Positions 56,984-64,000 of a stretch of DNA of 64,000 nucleotides are shown piece by piece. Position 1 is the stretch's first letter; the number at the start of each line of letters is the position of its first letter. The position numbers were made by a program, and so were the translations under genes. Source of the stretch: Polyangiaceae bacterium (GTDB taxonomy: Bacteria > Myxococcota_A > Polyangia > Polyangiales > Polyangiaceae); assembly GCA_044376115.1 (NCBI GenBank), contig JBILLK010000005.1:378094-442093 (forward strand), read 5' to 3'. Below the pieces are notes generated by a model. That model ran no database searches and was not told the origin of the DNA. It saw only the letters and a program-made list of their open reading frames with translations.

Positions 56984-58303
56984 ATGAGCAAAAAGAACCA
57001 CCGCGTAGCCGGGCGAATCGCCCCCTCGAACGTGACCGCGCTGCTCGAAGAGGGGATGCGCAGCCAACGCGCTGGCGATCATGAGGCCGCCGAGCGCAGC
57101 TATCAACGCGTGTTAGCGAAGCAGCCTGGCCACCCCGACGCCCTTCACCTGCTCGGGGTGATCGCTCGAGGTCGCGGTGATTTGGAGGGCGCCGTTCGGT
57201 CGATCCGTGAGGCCATTCAGCGCGCCCCCAACGTGCCCATCTATCACGTCAACCTGGGGCGGGTGCTCGGTGAGCAAGGCGATCTGGATGGCAGCATCAG
57301 CGAGCTCGAGCGGGCCGTGTCGCTCGACGGTTCCCTGCTCGCAGCGGTGTTCAACCTCGGTCTGGCCTACGAAGAGAAGGGCGCTCTCGAGGACGCCGCA
57401 GCGCACTACGCCTGGGCCGCTGAAGGGCTCCCGGAAGCGGCCTTCAATCTTGGCAACCTGCACATCGCGCGCGGTCTGATCGATGACGGTATCAAGGCCT
57501 ACGAGCAGGCGATCGCCCTGCGCGCCGACTACGCGCGAGCCTGGGCCAACCTCGGCTACGCCCATCAAAAAGCAGGGCGCTTCGAGGCCGCCGCCGACAC
57601 CTATCGCAAGTTGCTCGACATCAACCCGGGGGACGCCGAGGCTACGCACATGCTTGCAGCGCTCACCGGCAAGACGATCGACCGCGCCGATCCAAGCTAT
57701 GTGGCCCGCTTCTTCGATGACTACGCCGCACGCTTCGAGACAGTGCTGCTGAAAGACCTCGCCTACGACACGCCCGCCGCGCTTGCGCAGCTCGTCGCGC
57801 GCTTTGCGCCAGCCGCAGGCTTGTTCAAACAGGCGGTCGATCTCGGCTGCGGAACCGGCCTCGCGGGACGTGCTTTGCGCCCGATGTGTGAGCATCTTTC
57901 CGGCGTCGATCTATCCCCCAACATGGTGGAGAAGGCGCGTGCTGCCGGTGGCTACGACGTGCTGCGCGTGGACGATCTGCTGAGCTTCCTTGCCGACGAG
58001 AGCCTCAGTTTCGACCTCGCGGTTGCCTCGGACGTCTTCAACTACCTGGGTGATCTGGAACCGACATTTCGCCTGCTTCGCGCCCGAGCGCTGCCCGGTG
58101 CGGTGATCGCCTTCTCCACTGAACAAGGTGAAAAAGGCTCCTTTCAGCTCGAACGAACCGGCCGATTCTGTCACTCGAGGGACTACGTCGAGGGGGTCGC
58201 TCACCAGGTGGGGCTCGATCTTAGGCTCTGTGAGGAGAAAACGCTGCGGCTGGAGCGCGGCGTGCCGGTGCTTGGGAATCTCTTTGTTCTTGCGGTCAGC
58301 TAA
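56984..58303 (+). CDS. TPR-repeat SAM-dependent methyltransferase
   Basis: About 6 TPRs, YVARFFDDYAARFE..LAY, DLGCGTGLAG, GVDLS..M, DVFNYLGDL, GRFCHS. Confidence 0.88.
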   Translation: MSKKNHRVAGRIAPSNVTALLEEGMRSQRAGDHEAAERSYQRVLAKQPGHPDALHLLGVIARGRGDLEGAVRSIREAIQRAPNVPIYHVNLGRVLGEQGDLDGSISELERAVSLDGSLLAAVFNLGLAYEEKGALEDAAAHYAWAAEGLPEAAFNLGNLHIARGLIDDGIKAYEQAIALRADYARAWANLGYAHQKAGRFEAAADTYRKLLDINPGDAEATHMLAALTGKTIDRADPSYVARFFDDYAARFETVLLKDLAYDTPAALAQLVARFAPAAGLFKQAVDLGCGTGLAGRALRPMCEHLSGVDLSPNMVEKARAAGGYDVLRVDDLLSFLADESLSFDLAVASDVFNYLGDLEPTFRLLRARALPGAVIAFSTEQGEKGSFQLERTGRFCHSRDYVEGVAHQVGLDLRLCEEKTLRLERGVPVLGNLFVLAVS

Positions 58304-58324
58304 CTCGGCTAATCTGCCAGGCCA

Positions 58325-59803
58325 ATGAGTTTGCGGTTGGGGCGTTACGAGACGATCCGCGCTGTCGCCTCCGGCGGCATGGCGACGGTTCATCTCGCGC
58401 GAGCGCTTGGTGCTGGAGGCTTTGAGCGCCTGGTGGCGATCAAGGTTTTGCACCCGCACATTCAGAGTGAGCCCGACTTCGTCGCCATGTTCTTGGACGA
58501 GGCAAGGCTCGCCGCTCAAGTGCGCCACCCGAACGTTGTCCCAACGATCGACGTCTCGACCGACCCGCTGTTTCTGGTGATGGAGTACGTCGAGGGGCCC
58601 TCGCTTCACGCTGTGCAGCGTGATTTGCGGCGTCAGAACAAGGTGGTTCCGATCGAGGTGGCGCTTCGTATCACGCTCGATCTACTGGCTGGGCTGCACG
58701 CCGCGCATGAGCTCACCGACTCGTCGGGAACGCTGCTCAACTTCGTTCATCGCGATGTCTCGCCCCACAACGTCTTGCTCGGTGTGGACGGTGTCACGCG
58801 CATTACCGACTTTGGCGTCGCACGCGCCGAGTCGCGGCTCTCTTCGACGCGAGGAGGTCAGGTCAAAGGCAAGCTCGCCTATATGGCGCCTGAGCAGGTT
58901 CGAGCGGCCGCCGTCGATCGGCGCAGCGACGTGTATGCCGCAGGCGTCGTGCTGCACGAGTTGCTCACCAATCAGCCGCTCTTTTCGGCGGAGAATGATG
59001 CTGCGCTGGTCTCGCTCGTCGCGGCCGGCAGGAGTGAACCGCCGAGCGGGAAGAACGAGGAAGTACCGGCGGCGATCGACGAGGTGTGCGTGAAGGCCTT
59101 GTCCACCGAGCCAGCGCTTCGCTACGCGACGGCGGCGGATTTCTCCGACGCCCTCGATGAAGCCGCGCGCGCAGCCGGGCTTCACCCGGCGTCGACCAAG
59201 GCCGTGTCTGCGTTCATCAAGCTGCTGGCTATCCATGATTCGCCCAACTCGGCGAAGGGTGAGGGCAGCCGCTCCAAACCCGCCCTCGAGCCGAACGCGG
59301 ACCAAGGTCGTGCAACCCCGGTGACGCTCTCTGAGCTGCGCAAAGGCGCTGAAGAGCGAGCGAGCAATCCAGAGGTCGCCGAGACCTCGAGCAGCACCAC
59401 TGGCGTCGCCAGCCTGGTGCAACAGTCCGATGAGATCGTGCTGCCGAAACGGTCTTTCCGCTGGCAGTACCCTGCGGCGGCGGCCGCCGTGCTCGGGCTG
59501 GGCGCTCTTTTGTTATTGCGCCGTTCGCCCGAGCCAACGCCAGCCGCTGGTTCTGCCGCATCCCCCACGGCGGTTATCACGAACCAAGTGCCCGCCATTC
59601 CAGTACCAACCCCGACGGCTGCTACCAGTTCCACGCCGACCGCTTCAGCAACGGCTTTGCCGTCTGCTGAGCGCCCGCTGGTCGGAAAGATCGTAAGCGC
59701 CGCAACAAGCCCTGGCTCAGCTCCGCTTCCCAGCGGCAAACCGACCGCGTCGGCCCCGCCGCCGTCGCTCACCAACAAACCCTTTCGCCCTGGCGGCTTG
59801 TAA
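58325..59803 (+). CDS. Membrane Ser/Thr protein kinase
   Basis: GGMATV, AIK, HRDVSPHN, DFG, KGKLAYMAPE; TM; Pro/Thr-rich tail ending FRPGGL. Confidence 0.92.
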   Translation: MSLRLGRYETIRAVASGGMATVHLARALGAGGFERLVAIKVLHPHIQSEPDFVAMFLDEARLAAQVRHPNVVPTIDVSTDPLFLVMEYVEGPSLHAVQRDLRRQNKVVPIEVALRITLDLLAGLHAAHELTDSSGTLLNFVHRDVSPHNVLLGVDGVTRITDFGVARAESRLSSTRGGQVKGKLAYMAPEQVRAAAVDRRSDVYAAGVVLHELLTNQPLFSAENDAALVSLVAAGRSEPPSGKNEEVPAAIDEVCVKALSTEPALRYATAADFSDALDEAARAAGLHPASTKAVSAFIKLLAIHDSPNSAKGEGSRSKPALEPNADQGRATPVTLSELRKGAEERASNPEVAETSSSTTGVASLVQQSDEIVLPKRSFRWQYPAAAAAVLGLGALLLLRRSPEPTPAAGSAASPTAVITNQVPAIPVPTPTAATSSTPTASATALPSAERPLVGKIVSAATSPGSAPLPSGKPTASAPPPSLTNKPFRPGGL

Positions 59804-59841
59804 AGCTCCGTCCTGTTCCCCAGAGTCGAGTAGCAAAGTTC

Positions 59842-60801
59842 ATGTTCACAAAGTCGTTGTGCCTAGCGCCGTTATTCTTGGTTGGAGCGCTTGCGGTTGG
59901 GGCCGCGGTAACGACCTCAACAGCGCAGGCGCAATCGGTCGAGGACGCCGCCAGTCGCTTCGCACAGGCCCAGAGCCTCTATGACGCTGGGAACTTTACC
60001 GGCGCGCTGCCCATTTTCGAGGAGCTCACTCGTGAGACGAGCAGTCCGAACGCACGCTTCTACGTTGCCCGTTGTTTGCGCGAACTCGGTCGTACGGTGG
60101 AGGCCTACGACGCAATGGTCGCCACTGTGCGCGACGCCACCGCGAAAGCGGAGCAAGAACCAAAGTACGTTGGCACGCGTGACGCCTCGGCCTCCGAATT
60201 GGCGCTGCTCGAGTCGCGTGTTGGCCATCTCGTGCTCGCGACGTCCGAGTCCAAGCCGCCCACCGGCTTGACCCTCAACGGCGCAGCTGCCGACCCAAGC
60301 AAGCTTGGAAAGCCAATCACGGTGCTACCGGGTCGCGTGGTGATCGAGATCACCCGCGCAGACGCACCGATCGAGCGCCGCGAAGTAGACGTCCCCGCGG
60401 GGGAAACGCGAACCGTCCCGTTGAGCCCATCCTCGGCTCCCTCCACCTCAGCTTCGACGGGCGGCCTCCTGCGTTGGATCGGCATTGGGGTTGGAGCCGG
60501 CGGCGTGGTGCTGATCGCGACGGCGATCGGTACCGGCGTCGCGTCCAATGACCGCTACAGCGAGGTTGAAGCGGCGTGCGGCGGCGTTCGTTGTACAGAT
60601 GCGAGCGTGGTGGAAACCATCGACGAGGGCAAACGCTTGGAGACCGCGGCGACCGCAACCGCCATCATAGGCTCGCTGATGGTGGCCGGCGCCGTGCCGA
60701 TGATCATCTTTGGAGGTCCGGAAGAAGCGCCTCTTTCGGTTTCACTGCTCCCGAACGTCGATGGCTCGGGCGGAATGGCTTGGGTTAACGGCCGCTTCTA
60801 G
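59842..60801 (+). CDS. Exported TPR + PEGA-like protein with a hydrophobic C-terminal region
   Basis: Signal peptide AQA-Q, TPR (FAQAQSLYDAGNF..FYVARCLRELGR), PEGA-like beta unit, two Gly-rich hydrophobic helices, ends WVNGRF. Confidence 0.75.
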   Translation: MFTKSLCLAPLFLVGALAVGAAVTTSTAQAQSVEDAASRFAQAQSLYDAGNFTGALPIFEELTRETSSPNARFYVARCLRELGRTVEAYDAMVATVRDATAKAEQEPKYVGTRDASASELALLESRVGHLVLATSESKPPTGLTLNGAAADPSKLGKPITVLPGRVVIEITRADAPIERREVDVPAGETRTVPLSPSSAPSTSASTGGLLRWIGIGVGAGGVVLIATAIGTGVASNDRYSEVEAACGGVRCTDASVVETIDEGKRLETAATATAIIGSLMVAGAVPMIIFGGPEEAPLSVSLLPNVDGSGGMAWVNGRF

Positions 60802-61304
60802 TCGTTCGCCTCACACTGGCCCTTCTTGCAGCGGTCGGAGCAGCAGTTGTTGTCGTCATTGCAGCCTTCGCCGTTGGCGTTGCAGTCAGCGAACGGGCCA
60901 CAAACTCCCGAGGGTTGGCACTCGTTGTTGCAGCAGTCACTGTCCTCACTGCAGCCGTTCCCGTCGAGCACGCAACATTGATTATTGTCGCATGCGAGGT
61001 TGCCATCGCAGTGATTCTCTACCAAACACTCGACGCACGTTGGGTTGCGACCCTGGCTGCAATAGGGCTTTGATTCCGGGCATTGATCGCAAGGGCCTGC
61101 GCCGCCGTTGTTCTGACCCCCGTTGTTCTGTCCACCCGCATTCTGCCCACCGCCGCCTTGCCCGCCGTTGTTCTGTCCGCCGGTGCTCGTGGCGTTGCTC
61201 CCCGCGTCTCCCGATGAGCCACCATCCAGCCGCGGGTCGAGCTTGTCCCAATCGTGAGCGCAACCAACGAGCAGAACTCCCATCGCAAAGCGGCCAAGAA
61301 GCAT
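60798..61304 (-). CDS. Small Cys-rich lipoprotein
   Basis: MLLGRFAMGVLLVGC lipobox, GGQNN linker, CxxDxxCC repeats. Confidence 0.75.
   Translation of the reverse strand: MLLGRFAMGVLLVGCAHDWDKLDPRLDGGSSGDAGSNATSTGGQNNGGQGGGGQNAGGQNNGGQNNGGAGPCDQCPESKPYCSQGRNPTCVECLVENHCDGNLACDNNQCCVLDGNGCSEDSDCCNNECQPSGVCGPFADCNANGEGCNDDNNCCSDRCKKGQCEAND
61101..61181 (-). repeat. Intragenic 15-nt repeats encoding GGQNN/GGQNA
   Basis: Repeated CCGTTGTTCTG units. Confidence 0.75.
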
Positions 61305-61404
61305 ACGTTGATGATACCGACGTATGGCTGCATCGTCCTGTACATTAAGCGCGTTGGGCTGCGATGCAGCTCCAGCGAGCCGCCTCCCCACATCCTCAAA
61401 CCCT

Positions 61405-62340
61405 ATGCAACCTGCTGTAAGAACGACGCTTTGGAGCATCTCGCTGCTCGCTTCACTGAGCGCTTGCGACGCTGAAGAGACAACGCCACCGCGTGACCCC
61501 GCGCTGATTGTGCCGCTCGAACTCACAGTAGGCGATATGAAGTTTAACGGGCTGAAGGCCGGTGTTGAGGATGGCCCGTTGGTCATTCTGCTTCACGGTT
61601 TCCCGGAGACGTCGCACGAATGGGAGGCCCAACTCGTGGCCCTGGGCAAAGAGGGCTATCTGGCCGTCGCCCCGGACCAACGCGGCTACTCCAGCGGTGC
61701 TTCGCCGGACAACGTAGAGGATTACGCTATGCCCCTATTGGTCGGGGACGTGCTCGGCATGGCGGACGCACTCGGTCGGCAGCAGTTCCACGTCGTCGGC
61801 CACGACTGGGGAGCGGCAGTCACCTGGTCGGTGGCGACGGAAGCCCCAACCCGAGTGCTCAGCGCTACTGCGATATCCATTCCGCACCCGGCGGCTTTTG
61901 ACGCAGAGCTCGCTGACCCGGAGTCCTGCCAATACAAAGCCTCCTACTACTTTGAGATCTTCTCGACGCCGGACGCCGAGAGCCTGTTACTCGCCGATGA
62001 CGCCGGCATTCTGCGAACCGTTTATGCTGGCTTGCCTGAAGAGACAGTCGCCTTCTATCTCGATCGGTTCTCCACCCCCGAGACCTTGAAGGCGCCGCTC
62101 AATTGGTACCGCGCCAATACTGATATGCGCCGGCTGGTGAACCCCCCGCAAACCTCGATAACCGTTCCAACGCTGTTTATATGGAGCGATGAAGACGTCG
62201 CCGTCTGTGAAGAGCCGGCCCTCGCTACCGAAGATTACGTCACAGCCCCCTATCGATTTGAGACCATCGAAGGGGTCAATCATTGGGTTGTTGACCTAGC
62301 GGGAGATCGGGTAACCGACTATCTGCTCGAACACCTCTAG
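61405..62340 (+). CDS. Alpha/beta hydrolase (epoxide hydrolase-like) lipoprotein
   Basis: LSAC lipobox, LLHGFPE, PDQRGY, GHDWGA, LNWYRA, NHW. Confidence 0.88.
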   Translation: MQPAVRTTLWSISLLASLSACDAEETTPPRDPALIVPLELTVGDMKFNGLKAGVEDGPLVILLHGFPETSHEWEAQLVALGKEGYLAVAPDQRGYSSGASPDNVEDYAMPLLVGDVLGMADALGRQQFHVVGHDWGAAVTWSVATEAPTRVLSATAISIPHPAAFDAELADPESCQYKASYYFEIFSTPDAESLLLADDAGILRTVYAGLPEETVAFYLDRFSTPETLKAPLNWYRANTDMRRLVNPPQTSITVPTLFIWSDEDVAVCEEPALATEDYVTAPYRFETIEGVNHWVVDLAGDRVTDYLLEHL

Positions 62341-62348
62341 CTGCGCCG

Positions 62349-62750
62349 TCAGCTCATCTCGAGGCGGAACTTCACGCCCTGCGCGGTGGCTACCGCAAGA
62401 ACCCGCGCAATGTCCTCGAGCTCCGCGACGACCCCACTCACTTCAGCGAGCCGCGCGGCTGCCTCTGGATTGGCCTTGAGGTGGTCCACGAGCGCCTGCA
62501 TCGCAGCCTGGCCCACCGCTGCGTCGAACCACTCCGTCCACTCGCCCAAAACCTCCGCAAGCTCATCCGGGTCCCCGTCGAAGTCCTTCGGAACCGGCCG
62601 ATTGTCCGCGAAGGTCGTGAGCGGCGTTAGCTTGGCCTCCCGGGCGATCGCGTCGAGCGGCTCGAGGTTCATCGCGAGAACCTCGCCGAGCCACCTCAAC
62701 CGGGTACGGGCAAGCTTCGGCCGGAATACGGGGTAGATACCAAGGCTCAT
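62349..62750 (-). CDS. Hypothetical protein
   Basis: 133-aa ORF with strong GC3 bias. Confidence 0.6.
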   Translation of the reverse strand: MSLGIYPVFRPKLARTRLRWLGEVLAMNLEPLDAIAREAKLTPLTTFADNRPVPKDFDGDPDELAEVLGEWTEWFDAAVGQAAMQALVDHLKANPEAAARLAEVSGVVAELEDIARVLAVATAQGVKFRLEMS

Positions 62751-62903
62751 GCGGGCTCACTATAGAGCGTAGCGCTGCCTTGGGGTTGCACGGTGTCAAG
62801 GTTGGGCAAGCCGTGTTGCCAAGTCGAGTCGCTCGCTCGGGCCTGGACGCTCCCATTCGAGCTGCCTTTGGACGGTGTCAGGGATCTCAGTCGGCGCGCC
62901 GTC

Positions 62904-63476
62904 TCATTCATTGAGCCACCAACAGCCATCTCCTCCGACTAAGAGGTTATCGAGCCAGCGTTCGTACCAATCGGAGAAGGTTGGGGCGATGGGAAAGACC
63001 CCAACGTCGCTGACCGTGGCGTCGACCCATACCTGTCCTCGCGCCTCGCCCGAGACGATCAGCAGATGGAGGTACCCGCAGCCTTCGTCAGACAGAACCA
63101 GCGTACCGGAAAGGTCCCGAACCTCCTCGGATGATTGCTCCGATTCTATTAGCTTCGCTTCAGTAAACGGAAACGGCGCAGCAACTGCCTCCGGGGGAAA
63201 AGCTGTTCGCTCATACGTAGGACTCACGTCAAACGGGACCAACCCGTAGCCGGGGCCGGCACCTCCGGAGCCGACCCCAAGAAGGAATGCGCGGTAATCT
63301 TCAGGGAGCGATAGCCCATATAGCTCTTCGAAGGCCATTACGTCCTCCTCCTTCGCTGTTGGGAGTAGCCGCAGTTGATGCGCCTCGAACCCAAACGGTC
63401 GCATCTCCCTTTCAACGATCGCCGCAAACTTCGCGCGAATGGCTTCAATTCTGTCCAGCCCCATCGCGACCAGCAT
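62904..63476 (-). CDS. SMI1/KNR4 (SUKH) family immunity-like protein
   Basis: FEELYGLSLPEDYRAFL..GSGGAGPGYG, DEGCG..LIVSGEARGQVW, TFSDWYERWLD. Confidence 0.85.
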   Translation of the reverse strand: MLVAMGLDRIEAIRAKFAAIVEREMRPFGFEAHQLRLLPTAKEEDVMAFEELYGLSLPEDYRAFLLGVGSGGAGPGYGLVPFDVSPTYERTAFPPEAVAAPFPFTEAKLIESEQSSEEVRDLSGTLVLSDEGCGYLHLLIVSGEARGQVWVDATVSDVGVFPIAPTFSDWYERWLDNLLVGGDGCWWLNE

Positions 63477-63523
63477 AGGTCGACGTCACTGCGACGGTAG
63501 GCCCTTCGCTCGCATAGCCAAAT

Positions 63524-63554
63524 AAAAAAGGAGGCTCCCCAACGGGAACCTCCT
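63524..63554 (-). terminator. Intrinsic terminator
   Basis: Minus strand AGGAGGTTCCCGTTGGGGAGCCTCC followed by TTTTTT, about 20 nt after the stop at 63576. Confidence 0.8.
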
Positions 63555-63575
63555 CAAGGAATCAATGATTATCGG

Positions 63576-64000
63576 TTAGTTGCGCTTACGGCGGCGGCCG
63601 AGGCCGACCACCGCGATCAGTGCTGCCAAGAGCCCGAGCTGGTTCTCCTGTGAGCCCGGCGCCTGTCGACAGTCGCATAGGCCTGCGCCTTGAGCGTAGA
63701 CCGTCGGGTCCACGTCCTCGTCGGCCACACATTCGCCGATGGTGTCGTCTTGCGAAGTGCAGGTCTCTCCGTCCGGACAAGCTTTGCCGTCGCGGCAACC
63801 GTCGATGCACAGGCCCTCGGAGCACACCTCCCCTACAGGGCAATCTGCATCTTCGATGCATTCGCTGGTGGGTACGCAGCGTCCGTCGACGCACTCTTCG
63901 CCGTCTTCGCAGGCGGGGTCGCAGGGCAGCGGCTCAACGAGGTCATCGCTCGGGTCGTTCGGGTCGGTTTCGCCGCGATCGATCGTGCCGTTGTGGTTCA
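63576..64000 (-). CDS. 3' end of a surface protein with a Ca-binding-like motif, Cys-rich repeats and MYXO-CTERM (runs off the window)
   Basis: Frame open from 63998: NHNGTIDRGETDPNDP, CxxDxDC repeats, GAGLCDC..LLAALIAVVGLGRRRKRN. Confidence 0.8.
   Translation of the reverse strand, partial: NHNGTIDRGETDPNDPSDDLVEPLPCDPACEDGEECVDGRCVPTSECIEDADCPVGEVCSEGLCIDGCRDGKACPDGETCTSQDDTIGECVADEDVDPTVYAQGAGLCDCRQAPGSQENQLGLLAALIAVVGLGRRRKRN

Noticed and set aside
60785..61586. Frameshifted pseudogene, suggested by several overlapping minus-strand ORFs
   Set aside because: A single intact frame (61304 to 60798) gives a coherent lipoprotein.

Overview
High-GC, gene-dense window that reads as myxobacterial (Myxococcota, probably Polyangiaceae/Sorangium-like). 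This is an inference from five Hanks-type Ser/Thr kinases, TPR/PEGA proteins, MYXO-CTERM sorting tails and many Cys-rich lipoproteins. About 57 CDS are supported. Housekeeping genes include prmC, a phosphomannomutase, hemE, hemG, rplU, rpmA, grxC and a ClpB-type chaperone. The rest are signalling, envelope and secreted-protein genes. I saw no rRNA, tRNA, CRISPR array, transposase or integrase. Best leads: (1) a translationally coupled class-III aminotransferase/LuxE/LuxC operon without luciferase, a candidate carboxylate-to-aldehyde-to-amine pathway; (2) a twice-repeated pair of a membrane Ser/Thr kinase and an exported TPR-PEGA protein, a candidate trans-envelope signalling module; (3) a sigma54-like promoter driving a ~50-nt C-loop hairpin ending in a U tract, a candidate small RNA; (4) a ClpB paralogue with degenerate NBD1 and altered pore loops; (5) an orphan phosphonopyruvate decarboxylase; (6) a membrane-anchored orphan GspE/PilB ATPase; (7) a CotH kinase fused to a C-type lectin domain. 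All calls come from motifs read by eye; no database searches were run.
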